41,845 bases of DNA from Silvanigrellaceae bacterium (lineage in GTDB: Bacteria; Bdellovibrionota_B; Oligoflexia; Silvanigrellales; Silvanigrellaceae): contig JBMSQQ010000021.1 of the NCBI GenBank assembly GCA_049423385.1, positions 1 through 41,845 of the forward strand. The letters run 5' to 3'. The notes under the pieces are model-generated. The model ran no database searches, was not told the DNA's origin, and saw nothing but the letters and a program-made list of their open reading frames with translations. A program made the position numbers and the translations under genes. Positions 1-8,890 of this stretch are shown here, piece after piece. Each line of letters begins with the position of its first letter. The stretch's first letter is position 1.

Positions 1-2
1 CC

Positions 3-1421
3 AAATGCAACGTTTCACTCGAACTTCTTGATGCCACGTCCGGCAAGATAAGACTCTGGACGGCATCCCACTGCCTCAGGCCACTCCGCTTGACTTCAAT
101 GAAACTCGCAGTACGTGACGAATCTTCCTCGATTGGTGGATTTGTCACATGGAATCTGGCGCACCCGCTGCTCGAAAAAGCCGCCAAACTGCGGGCCGCC
201 TGGAGCGAAATACCTGCCTACGGCTACGCAATCACCCGCGACAGGCTGGATACCGCCTTTGATCGTGGAAGAATGTGGGTAAATGATCAAACTTCGGTTT
301 TGGCACCGCGAACTTCTTGCGAAAATTTGCGCTGGCTTCTGCCGGCAGAAGCGGTGCACACTCTGTGCTTCAGTATCCATGATCTCATGTCACTGGAAGT
401 CACTCTGCCCGACCTCGAAAGCAATAAAAGTCAGGCTCTCGTTGCCGCACTGGGAAGCAACGTCAAATCTCTTGCCACAGAGCAGGCTATCACCGAAAAA
501 CGAGCAATCTTCCTGCGCCGAATTGGACTGCTTTCGCAGATTGAATGGATCACGTCGCAGGAGCAGGCACTCACCAACTTCCTCAAGAATCCGCAATCGG
601 TGCTTCCCTCAACTGACCCGACGGCTGCGGTGATTGCTCGCCTGCAGAAAGATGTTTTCGACCTTCCGCATCCCGAAGAATCCAGTTTTATGCCAGGAAA
701 CTACATCTCTCCCCGAATTCCGGCCCCGGGGATTGAGGTCAAGGTGGAATGCGTAAGAGCGATTGCAACCGTGGCTGGAAGCGGCGAAACAACTCCTTAC
801 AGTCTGGAATCCCGACCGCATGCCTTTTGTCCCGGTGGAGCGACTCCCCAAGAAGGACACGTCTGGTTCCGCGATTATCAGTGGCTCAAGATGATCTCGG
901 ATCTGGCCATTGGGGGGGCGGGCGACTACGCATATGCCGTTCACCAGCAGCTGGTTGCCAATGGTCAACCTCGTGATTGGGCTTCGCGGGTCTCGATCAT
1001 TTCCAACTTTGTTCTCGACGACCGGATTGATTTTCTCGGCCGTGAGTCCGATGTGGTGTCGCCATTCCTTTCGGCATTCAAGATTCCGGCAAATTTGTTT
1101 TCGGATCAGCTGTATGGCTGGCAGGGCTTCACCTACACGGGCGCACTCCTGCTGGCAATGAACCGTGATTCATCCAAAGCCCGGTTCTTGAAAGGCGACA
1201 GTGGTTCACTTCTGCTGTTGGATGGAGTGCCAATTGCCACACTCTATTCGGTGGATGGCGAAGAGACTTCCGGTGGAGCCTCAATCCGTGCACTTCCCAC
1301 TGCGGAATCGGAAGAATCCACCGAGTCAACTCAAGTGTCGGGCAGCGCGACGGGAACCCGATCGACGGTGGACAATTCCACATCCTCGGGTGGCAAGAAA
1401 GGTTTCAACTGTTTTCACTGA
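3..1421 (+). CDS. Trypsin-like (PA clan) serine protease-like protein with long insertions; 5'-truncated by the window edge
   Basis: The frame of ORF 90..1421 is open back to position 3 and reads KCNVSLELLDATSGKIRLWTASHCL (His codon 69-71). CFSIHDL follows (Asp 381-383), then FLKGDSGSLLLLDGVP (Ser 1200-1202). The same motif set occurs in 30597..33047. Confidence 0.65.
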   Translation, partial: KCNVSLELLDATSGKIRLWTASHCLRPLRLTSMKLAVRDESSSIGGFVTWNLAHPLLEKAAKLRAAWSEIPAYGYAITRDRLDTAFDRGRMWVNDQTSVLAPRTSCENLRWLLPAEAVHTLCFSIHDLMSLEVTLPDLESNKSQALVAALGSNVKSLATEQAITEKRAIFLRRIGLLSQIEWITSQEQALTNFLKNPQSVLPSTDPTAAVIARLQKDVFDLPHPEESSFMPGNYISPRIPAPGIEVKVECVRAIATVAGSGETTPYSLESRPHAFCPGGATPQEGHVWFRDYQWLKMISDLAIGGAGDYAYAVHQQLVANGQPRDWASRVSIISNFVLDDRIDFLGRESDVVSPFLSAFKIPANLFSDQLYGWQGFTYTGALLLAMNRDSSKARFLKGDSGSLLLLDGVPIATLYSVDGEETSGGASIRALPTAESEESTESTQVSGSATGTRSTVDNSTSSGGKKGFNCFH

Positions 1422-1439
1422 GGTGGCTTGCCCTGGATG

Positions 1440-1473
1440 AAAAAAAAAGCGGGCCAGCATCCTGCCGGCCCGC
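1440..1473 (-). terminator. Rho-independent terminator downstream of flagellin
   Basis: Minus strand reads GCGGGCCGGCA-GGA-TGCTGGCCCGC followed by T9. Confidence 0.85.
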
Positions 1474-1499
1474 CCATGTGGAAGGAGATAAGATTGCAA

Positions 1500-1527
1500 C
1501 CGGGTCTGGTCCGAAAACCGGACCCGG
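1500..1527. repeat. Inverted repeat/hairpin just after the flagellin stop codon
   Basis: CCGGGTCTGGT-ccgaaa-ACCGGACCCGG: 11-bp stem with one non-Watson-Crick position. Confidence 0.6.
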
Positions 1528-1535
1528 ATTTCCGC

Positions 1536-2459
1536 TTACTGGAGCAAGCGGAGTGCCGCCTGAGGCGACTGGTTGGCCTGCGAGAGGACTGCAACGCCAG
1601 CCTGTTTGAGGATGTTGGACTGCGTAAGTTTCGCAGTTTCATCCGCAAAGTCCGTATCGCGGATACGGCTGTTGGCAGCTGCAAAGTTCTCGCTCTGCAC
1701 AGAGAGGTTGTTGATCGTCGAGCCGAGGCGGCTTTGGATCGCGCCCAAGTAGGAGCGATACTCTGCTACCTTTTGGATTGCCGCATCAAGCGTCCCGAGG
1801 GACTGTTGAGCGCTCTCCTTTTTGTCGACGCGCGTACCACCGTCTTCAGTGCTCTTGCCCAGGTTCAGACCATTTGAATCGGTGTTGGTGTTGAGGTTTT
1901 GAAGGTCGATACGAATCACGTTGACGGGATTCGCCTGGCCTTTTTCATCAACACTACCCATGTAGTCCTTACCCACCTGGATCTCGAGTGGATACGCATT
2001 GCTGCGATTCACAAGAGCCGGATCCAGTGATTCCTGGTTGCCGACGAGAAGGCGGGTTCCGTTGTACTCGGTCGCATTGGTGATACGGTCGATTTCGTCC
2101 TTGAGCGAGCTGTACTCCTTGTTCAGGAAGCCGCGCTCAACATCACCAATGGTATCCGAGCTCGATTGAACCGCAAGTTCACGCAAGCGAGCCAGAATGT
2201 TTCCTACTTCGCTCAATCCGCCTTCGGCAGTCTGGACGAGAGAGACACCGTCGTTGGCGTTTCTCTTGGCCATGTTCAAGCCACGGATGTCGGCCTTCAA
2301 CTTTTCAGAGATGGCCAGACCAGCCGCATCATCTGCAGCCTTGTTGATCCGATAGCCGGAAGCCAGCTTTTCCATCGACGAGTTGTTCGACTCGGTCGCG
2401 TTCACCAGATTCCGTTGCGAATTCAGCGATTGTACGTTGGTTTGTATCCGCAAACCCAT
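1536..2459 (-). CDS. fliC: Flagellin (short, 307 aa)
   Basis: N-terminal RIQTNV...LASGYRINKAADDAAGLAISE and NANDGVSLVQTAEG; C-terminal SRIRDTDFADETAKLTQSNIL.QAG...LSQANQ.PQ..LRLL; AGGAGG RBS at 2468-2473. Confidence 0.97.
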   Translation of the reverse strand: MGLRIQTNVQSLNSQRNLVNATESNNSSMEKLASGYRINKAADDAAGLAISEKLKADIRGLNMAKRNANDGVSLVQTAEGGLSEVGNILARLRELAVQSSSDTIGDVERGFLNKEYSSLKDEIDRITNATEYNGTRLLVGNQESLDPALVNRSNAYPLEIQVGKDYMGSVDEKGQANPVNVIRIDLQNLNTNTDSNGLNLGKSTEDGGTRVDKKESAQQSLGTLDAAIQKVAEYRSYLGAIQSRLGSTINNLSVQSENFAAANSRIRDTDFADETAKLTQSNILKQAGVAVLSQANQSPQAALRLLQ

Positions 2460-2485
2460 ACGCTATTCCTCCTAAAAACCGGCCG

Positions 2486-2525
2486 GCACTTCCAATGTGC
2501 ACAAGCCGACGGGTCTTCCTGACCC
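2486..2525 (-). promoter_or_regulatory. Two GGA-loop hairpins in the flagellin 5' leader (candidate CsrA/RsmA sites)
   Basis: Minus strand GGGTC-AGGAA-GACCC (2511-2525) and GCAC-ATTGGAA-GTGC (2486-2500), just upstream of the AGGAGG SD. Confidence 0.65.
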
Positions 2526-2660
2526 TGTGACGTAAAAAAAACCACATTCAATCAACTAAAGCTGCGTGATGTTTCGTTCATCCCACAAACCGGCGGAACA
2601 ATTTCCTTTGCACCTGCCGAAAGGTTGATTGACTTTCTGGTCATGGGATCGGACCATCAG

Positions 2661-2687
2661 ACTCCGGCATCAACGCGAAAAAGTTGC
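2661..2687 (-). promoter_or_regulatory. Possible sigma28 (FliA) promoter for flagellin
   Basis: Minus strand GCAACTTT-N11-GCCGGAGT versus consensus TAAAGTTT-N11-GCCGATAA: correct spacing, only partial sequence match. Confidence 0.35.
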
Positions 2688-2896
2688 AGGGGGTGACATT
2701 TCCCGGACGGTCTGTCAAAAATGTTCCTTGCACGCGACTTTGAATGGTGTCTTTCTTCCACGGATGGAGCTGACAACGACGCATGAGTTGGCATACGGAA
2801 TCAACAGCAACATTGCCTCGGACAGGTTCGGGTCTGCTGTTTTCGGTCCGTCATTTTCTATACGTGGTGGAAGGCCGACCCTTCACGATTGATGTC

Positions 2897-3043
2897 ATGG
2901 AATCGACGTCCGGTCACCTGACCGCCCATGCGGACAGCACTTCAGACCCCCACGAAGCCATTCATCCCCAAAGTGCAGCAACCCTGGAAGACGTTTTGAA
3001 AGCCATCACTCTCGAGATCGATGCAAAGGTGCGCAAATGGTAA
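2897..3043 (+). CDS. Possible small protein (48 aa) overlapping the namZ start
   Basis: MESTSGHL...LEDVLKAITLEIDAKVRKW; its stop overlaps the namZ start (ATGGTAA); the C-terminal half looks amphipathic. No homology recognised. Confidence 0.35.
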   Translation: MESTSGHLTAHADSTSDPHEAIHPQSAATLEDVLKAITLEIDAKVRKW

Positions 3044-4308
3044 CAGCAGGAATCGACCGTATTTTGAACGAGCCTCAACTCCTGGAAAACCTGGGCCGCG
3101 TTGGTCTGGTGACAAACCAAGCCTGCACGACCCAGAGCTTCACACCAACTTTTCAAGCCGTGGTTGAAGCGCTCAAACACTGCACTCAATCGACCCTCAC
3201 CTGCGTTTTTGGCCCGCAACATGGTTACGGACAAACCGAGCAGGACAACATGATAGAAACACCGGACAGTCAGCTCGAAATTGTAAACGGCAAAAAAGTG
3301 CCCCTGTTCAGCCTCTATTCAAAAACAAGAATCCCGACTCCCGAACAACTCGAAGGGGTGGACACACTCCTGGTGGACCTCCAGGACGTTGGCTGCCGTG
3401 TCTATACCTACATGTTGACCCTCGCTGGATGCATGCGTGCAGCAGAAAAGCTCAACAAGAGGGTCGTGGTCCTCGACAGACCCAATCCACTGGGTTTGAG
3501 TCGTCTTTCGCGTCCGGGCAGCATGACCCAAGGAAACTGTCTTGACATGCGTTGGGAAAGTTTTGTGGGTTGGTATTCGATCCCCATGCGACACGGCCTG
3601 ACAATGGGCGAACTTGGACATCTTTTTCATAAACGTGACAAATTGACGATCGACTATCGGGTTGTTCCGGTGTCAGGCCTCAAACGCAGCACCTCGCTGA
3701 AAGAACTCAGCCAACGCCGTTGGACTCTGCCGAGTCCGAATTTGCCAACCTGGGAAACCACATTTTGCTTTCCGGCCTTTGTCGCGCTTGAGACCACATG
3801 GATCAGCGAAGGTCGTGGCAGCACCTTGCCGTTCCAGACTGTCGGCGCACCAGAGCTTCCGGCACAAAAAATCTTGTCCATCTTTGATGAATGGAATGCC
3901 ACGGCGCCGAATGAGTTTCGATTTTCAGGACTCAAATACCGGCCCCACGAATTCCGCCCAACCTTCAACAAGCATCAGGGCGCCCTCTGCAAGGGATTTC
4001 AGGTGCACGTGGACAACCCCGAGGACTGCAACACTTTCGCGATGGGCGTATTGTTTCTCGCCGCGACAGCTGGCGAATATTCGAAGTTCGAATGGAAAGG
4101 TCCGGGATACGAATACAACTTCACAGATCCACCGGTGAATCTGGTTTTGGGAGATCAACGTTGGATGGATTTCATCAATGCCAGTAAAGGGCGGCAATGG
4201 AACAAGGACGGCAAATCGGCCCTTGTTGATTTGTTGAGATGGTCCGAAAAGGATGCCCAAAACTTCGAAGAGTCATCTGCCTTCACCCACATCTACCCGG
4301 AAAACTGA
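3037..4308 (+). CDS. namZ: Exo-beta-N-acetylmuramidase NamZ/YbbC family (DUF1343)
   Basis: Motifs GIDRIL, VGLVTNQ, FGPQHG, SLY, DLQDVGCRVYTY, DRPNPL, PMRHGLTMGEL, PSPNLP, SEGRG.T.PF. Confidence 0.92.
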   Translation: MVTAGIDRILNEPQLLENLGRVGLVTNQACTTQSFTPTFQAVVEALKHCTQSTLTCVFGPQHGYGQTEQDNMIETPDSQLEIVNGKKVPLFSLYSKTRIPTPEQLEGVDTLLVDLQDVGCRVYTYMLTLAGCMRAAEKLNKRVVVLDRPNPLGLSRLSRPGSMTQGNCLDMRWESFVGWYSIPMRHGLTMGELGHLFHKRDKLTIDYRVVPVSGLKRSTSLKELSQRRWTLPSPNLPTWETTFCFPAFVALETTWISEGRGSTLPFQTVGAPELPAQKILSIFDEWNATAPNEFRFSGLKYRPHEFRPTFNKHQGALCKGFQVHVDNPEDCNTFAMGVLFLAATAGEYSKFEWKGPGYEYNFTDPPVNLVLGDQRWMDFINASKGRQWNKDGKSALVDLLRWSEKDAQNFEESSAFTHIYPEN

Positions 4309-4321
4309 GGACTGCCAGCGG

Positions 4322-6403
4322 ATGTATTCGCACAAACGTTCTTTCACCGGACAATCTTCGCGTTCCCTTGCAGCGCTGCTTGACCTCCCGTTTCTCGTTG
4401 CAGGGCTGATGCTTTCGGCTTTTTTTGCGGTCGTCCACTCAGCCTGGACCTTCATGAGATTGCCGGACAACGTTCGTGCCTTGCCGGTTTCAATCGACCA
4501 AATCCCCAAGGATGTTTTGGCTGATGCCTTGAAGCAGAATGCCTCCGTTCTCGATCTTCATCTGATTGGAGCGACGTGGGTTGGTCTCGCATTGCCATTG
4601 ATTATTTTTGCAGTTGCGATCCGCTGGACCCTGGCTCCCTTGCGAATTTCCGTACAACGTTCGGTGATTGGTGCATCACTCGCCACCTTTTATCTTTGCA
4701 GTTTCATGGCCACAGCGTTGTCAAACCCCGACTTGACACCAGGCAACCGCCTGGTTCAGTTGTTCGCATCGACCGGGCCTGATTTTTTTCAGGGACTTCG
4801 CGCCGTCATTTGCATCGGGATATTGATAGGCTGCCTTGTGACCATGACCAAGAATGCCACGTCAAAGCTGAACCGAAGCATGAGATGGATGACAACCTTG
4901 GCATTGTTTCTGGTCGCAATTGGATTCGATTACATCCAGTCCAAAGGACAACGGCACGTCGACGAAACCTTTCTGAAAGCACCTGCCACGGTGCGCTTTA
5001 TTTACGTTTTGCCCGGAATGAATCCAAACGACATCCAAATGGCATTCAAAACCAAAAATCTTGCTGAAGCCAGAAATCAATTGAGTTCGTTCCAGGAAGT
5101 GCACCCGAGCACGCCCAGTCTTCTTGGACAATTTGTGACAACGACGCTGGGTATAGAACCCAACATGCATGGCGTCAGACACGACTTCATCGATCCCGAA
5201 ATACTGACCACAACCTGGAAAACCATCTCGCAAAAAACATTTCCAAAAGGACATACCATCCACGCCCTGTCGATTGGCGGAGCATCTCCTCTCGATGCGC
5301 TTGTTGGAAAAGAAACAGATGGAGAACGCTGCGGCCAGAATCCAAGGCAACTTGCACAGGTGGGTCACTTTCAGGTGTCGGTCATTCCGTTTTCCTTGAC
5401 TCCGAGATTCTTCGAGGATTTGCTCACACCCAATATCATTTGCTCAAACCGTTTCCTTTCCCTTCATCAACACCTGCAACAAACAGCGGAAAAAATCACC
5501 CGGCGACTCAAAACTTATCAACCGAAGACTTTTGTCATCTGGGTCGCTCCAAATCTCCTCGCCCAAACACATGGCTTTTATGAGTTGCCGGAAGATTTCA
5601 ATTCCTGGCAGCAGTCAACCCGAAACACATTCGAGATCCTGAAGTCGCACTGGGACTTCCTGAAAACAACGCAACTGGAACAATTCCATCAAACATTCTT
5701 GATAGGATTGTCCGAGCAGCCTGAATCAACGACAGCGTTCCTGCGCTTCGATGGCCAAACCAAATCGCAATTCACCGATCTCACCCTGGATTCACCGGGC
5801 CAGCGCAGCCAGAGTTCGGTCGCCGACCTGCTTCGAACCCAGGAGAATACCGAGGTCAAGGATTCACCACTGTTTTACTCCGAGTTCACAGACTCATTGC
5901 CAAAGCAAACTGTTGCAACACTCTCACCCGACTTGAAATCGGACTCAAAAAAGTCAAACTCTCTCTCAAAATTCATCCTGAATGCCGACCTTTTAAGAAA
6001 AACGATTGTGAATTCAAAGCGGCACGTCATCTGCCAAAATGTTGCTTCTCCCAATGGTAATCGCCTGCTTGTCAAGGTCAGCCTGAATCTGCGCGCAACA
6101 GAAAACAGACTTCCCCAATTGACCTACGAGGATTTTGAAAAGGAAAATCTTCCTTCACCAGAAAATCGGATGGAGCTTCAGGAGTGTTTAAAAAATGCAC
6201 GGGAAGTGCTGACAGAAAGCGTCTACAAGGATGTCTCACTGCGCGACAGCTCTGCATTCCGGACCCTGCTCACCGGACTTCCGGTGAAGTCCATCAAAAC
6301 CAATCCTTCAATACTTGAGACAACAAGCGAACAGGAAAACGAAGCTCTCGACCAGTCGACTTCTGCTGTCCCTGCCAGCCTGGAGGAAGAGGAAGAGGAA
6401 TGA
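4322..6403 (+). CDS. Multi-pass membrane protein with a degenerate sulfatase/alkaline-phosphatase-like domain
   Basis: About five hydrophobic N-terminal segments, then TKNLAEA...FQEVHPSTPSLLGQFVTTTLGIEPNMHGVRHDF...G.TIHAL, resembling the sulfatase N-terminal pattern. ATG 4322 follows GAGGA; the ORF-track start at 4253 overlaps namZ. Confidence 0.55.
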   Translation: MYSHKRSFTGQSSRSLAALLDLPFLVAGLMLSAFFAVVHSAWTFMRLPDNVRALPVSIDQIPKDVLADALKQNASVLDLHLIGATWVGLALPLIIFAVAIRWTLAPLRISVQRSVIGASLATFYLCSFMATALSNPDLTPGNRLVQLFASTGPDFFQGLRAVICIGILIGCLVTMTKNATSKLNRSMRWMTTLALFLVAIGFDYIQSKGQRHVDETFLKAPATVRFIYVLPGMNPNDIQMAFKTKNLAEARNQLSSFQEVHPSTPSLLGQFVTTTLGIEPNMHGVRHDFIDPEILTTTWKTISQKTFPKGHTIHALSIGGASPLDALVGKETDGERCGQNPRQLAQVGHFQVSVIPFSLTPRFFEDLLTPNIICSNRFLSLHQHLQQTAEKITRRLKTYQPKTFVIWVAPNLLAQTHGFYELPEDFNSWQQSTRNTFEILKSHWDFLKTTQLEQFHQTFLIGLSEQPESTTAFLRFDGQTKSQFTDLTLDSPGQRSQSSVADLLRTQENTEVKDSPLFYSEFTDSLPKQTVATLSPDLKSDSKKSNSLSKFILNADLLRKTIVNSKRHVICQNVASPNGNRLLVKVSLNLRATENRLPQLTYEDFEKENLPSPENRMELQECLKNAREVLTESVYKDVSLRDSSAFRTLLTGLPVKSIKTNPSILETTSEQENEALDQSTSAVPASLEEEEEE

Positions 6404-8868
6404 ACGCAAAACGAAAATTCCGCGTTACAACGCGCGGAGCAAGAAACAACGAAAGAGAGACCCAAATCATTCTGTGGACTTTCGTTTTTGTGATTGTGTT
6501 TTGCTTGACCACACTGTTTTCACTGGGTTCCCGTTCAACTGAACCCGTGAACGTGGTCAATGATTCATTGAACGCAACCAGAAACAAGCTTCGCGGCTGG
6601 GAAAAGCCGGCAATGCCTGTCAGCAGTGTCAACATGCCCGACACCCGTTCGCACTCCGGATTCCATTTCCGCTGGGGAGCAAAACACAATCCACCAGGCT
6701 GGCAAGTGGATTCAAATCGAAAAGGAGCCCGCAAGGATGACCTTCAGCAGCTCCTGAATCTGGGCAGATCCAAAATCATTCTGACTCCGCGCAGTGAAGG
6801 TGAATTTTTGTATGACCTTCGGGAAGAGTTGTTGAAGGGTGGACATGCCTTTGTGCAAAAGAAGGTCTTACCGCTTCTGCCCGGAGAAAAGCTGCACATA
6901 TCAAATCCGTCACCTGGTTTTCCAGGAAAAAACTGGAAACTGAGATTACGTTCGGTAGCTGCAACCCAGGACAGAATGGATGCACCACTGATCATGAATT
7001 ATGGTTTCGCGCACGCCGAACAATCAATACTTGAAATTGATCCAAAAGGTCAGGCGGTCGACCTCGAGATCCCCTCAGGAAATGAATATTCAAGAAGGGG
7101 TGAGAAGTATTTCACTCTTGAATGGCCGGGCAACACTTCAGGACTTTTGGTGGTTGAAGGTTTTCAGCCTGCTTCACTTGAAACCGAGGGCAAGAGCCTG
7201 AATCCAAGATCACTGGTCATTCTTTTGGATTCCCTGAATGGTTCACTGACCGATCTGACCAAGACACTCAAATCTTTGAAAAGCACAACTTCCGGCAATC
7301 ACAACACAATACATTTGACGAATGTCATCCCAACTGCGGATTCAATCGAGCTTGGCTACAAATCGCTGCTCACACTCCACAGCCCCCTGGAACTGGGTGC
7401 AACTCTGGAGAACCAAAAACTCAGGGAAATGATTGTCACCGAGTCCGTGATGCTCAGAAAATTCTCTGAACGTGGCGGCTCGCTGCGACACCTGACACTG
7501 ACTAAAAGCGGCTCAGCCTGTTTGGAAAAGTGTCAGACCCGTGAAGTATCCTCGGAAGATTTCACCTCCAGTTTCGTTATCAAGCGAAAAGAGGAAATCG
7601 CATCCACCGCTGGCATCATCCGCAACGATGAATTCATGACCGATGCCGGTGCGTTGTTTGTCGAGACCGACTTTCCGGCGGAACATTTTCGACTGAACTG
7701 GACCACGGCTTTCGAATCGAGGGAATCCATCTTCAGATGGATGTTGGGCGGCCTTCGGGAAACTTTTGGAGGACGCGATCTCGAATTGAGAAAGATTGAG
7801 AAAATCGCCCAAATTGACAGCTGGCTGGCAAAAATCGTCGAGTCCTTTTTCGTCACTTCAGCAAACGCGAATGTTGCGATTTTTCTTCACCAAAACAACA
7901 CACCTGTTCGTCTTGGCAACAACCCGGACAATCAAAAATCACTGGTGCGCGGTGAAGCCTTGTTCAGCGTGAACAATTTTGAACTTGATAATTCCAAAGT
8001 TGACGAAATCAAAAAAATAGAGACAACCATTTCGCAAATTTCAGCAGCGCGTCTGCTGGAACGCCTGAGTTTCAACAAAGACCGTGCCGCCAGCATCGAA
8101 AAAATAACCGAAGGTCTCGATTTTGGAAGTTCTCCGGTTGTTCAATTCAGTCAAGACTCAATCACAACCCTGACCTCCAATGGCTGGCTTGTGGATCAGA
8201 TTCCCAATCGCGAAAACAGGCTAGTACGCCCTTTGTTTCACGCGGAACCCGATCAAATTCATGAGGTACAGGAGAAATCCCTCATCGAGAGGAGACGATC
8301 CCGATTGCATGGGTTGCACGTCCTGTTCCCAAACAACAACGATCGGGATGAACTTTTGTCTGTGAGTATATCCACCAACTTGAAGCCTCTTGCCTGCGAA
8401 TCCGAAAGCGAACATGCACAGGCCGACCCGAAAGTTGATCAACGCGACGAATCTGCATCCCAGATGAAAACTTATCATGTGTTGGGAAGACGTTCAGCCC
8501 AGAGCCAATGGCACATCCAGTGTCTCCTCGAAGGAAGAATTTCCACGAACACACGACTGAGAATCGTTCCTCGTTCGAACAATCAGGCCATCGCCCGCGA
8601 GAGGATCGGATTGGGCGAATTTGCATTACCGATTCGTGGTTTTCTTTGGCGCTCTCCGGAAACTTTGGAACTCACCGGTGCTCAAATTCTCGATGCGACG
8701 GTTTCGCTCACCTCTGCCGACAAGGATGCAGCAAAGCAAAGTTCGGTTGTCATCTGGACTGAGAGATTTTTGGGTGGCATTCCAGGTTCGCGGGCCGTCT
8801 TCGGATTTGCAGACCGACTTGCCCGCAACGACAAGCCGCAATCCCCGCGGGCCGACCTGGATCGGTAA
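6400..8868 (+). CDS. Membrane-anchored protein with a degenerate sulfatase-like domain
   Basis: One N-terminal TM segment (IILWTFVFVIVFCLTTLFSL); PRSLVILLDSL...TNVIPTA...KSLLTLHSPLELG pattern; ATGA overlap with the upstream gene. Confidence 0.5.
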   Translation: MNAKRKFRVTTRGARNNERETQIILWTFVFVIVFCLTTLFSLGSRSTEPVNVVNDSLNATRNKLRGWEKPAMPVSSVNMPDTRSHSGFHFRWGAKHNPPGWQVDSNRKGARKDDLQQLLNLGRSKIILTPRSEGEFLYDLREELLKGGHAFVQKKVLPLLPGEKLHISNPSPGFPGKNWKLRLRSVAATQDRMDAPLIMNYGFAHAEQSILEIDPKGQAVDLEIPSGNEYSRRGEKYFTLEWPGNTSGLLVVEGFQPASLETEGKSLNPRSLVILLDSLNGSLTDLTKTLKSLKSTTSGNHNTIHLTNVIPTADSIELGYKSLLTLHSPLELGATLENQKLREMIVTESVMLRKFSERGGSLRHLTLTKSGSACLEKCQTREVSSEDFTSSFVIKRKEEIASTAGIIRNDEFMTDAGALFVETDFPAEHFRLNWTTAFESRESIFRWMLGGLRETFGGRDLELRKIEKIAQIDSWLAKIVESFFVTSANANVAIFLHQNNTPVRLGNNPDNQKSLVRGEALFSVNNFELDNSKVDEIKKIETTISQISAARLLERLSFNKDRAASIEKITEGLDFGSSPVVQFSQDSITTLTSNGWLVDQIPNRENRLVRPLFHAEPDQIHEVQEKSLIERRRSRLHGLHVLFPNNNDRDELLSVSISTNLKPLACESESEHAQADPKVDQRDESASQMKTYHVLGRRSAQSQWHIQCLLEGRISTNTRLRIVPRSNNQAIARERIGLGEFALPIRGFLWRSPETLELTGAQILDATVSLTSADKDAAKQSSVVIWTERFLGGIPGSRAVFGFADRLARNDKPQSPRADLDR

Positions 8869-8890
8869 AGTCCCAACGAGAGGTTTCCAG

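Noticed and set aside
2597..2612. TGCAAAGGAAATTGTT upstream of flagellin, 13/16 identical to the sigma54 site at 27781
   Set aside because: Lacks both invariant dinucleotides (GG at -24, GC at -12), so not called a promoter.
2581..2630. Possible c-di-GMP-I riboswitch (CAAAC...GCCGAAAGG) in the flagellin upstream region
   Set aside because: On the wrong strand for fliC, and the GGCAAAC/GACGCAAA architecture and second stem are missing.
2694..2717. TGACA-N14-TGTCA inverted repeat
   Set aside because: Arms are only 5 bp, which is expected by chance; no second copy confirmed.
8621..8890. Long N-terminal extension of xseA given by the ORF track
   Set aside because: Overlaps the upstream 822-aa gene; ATG 8891 has an SD and begins a domain-like sequence.
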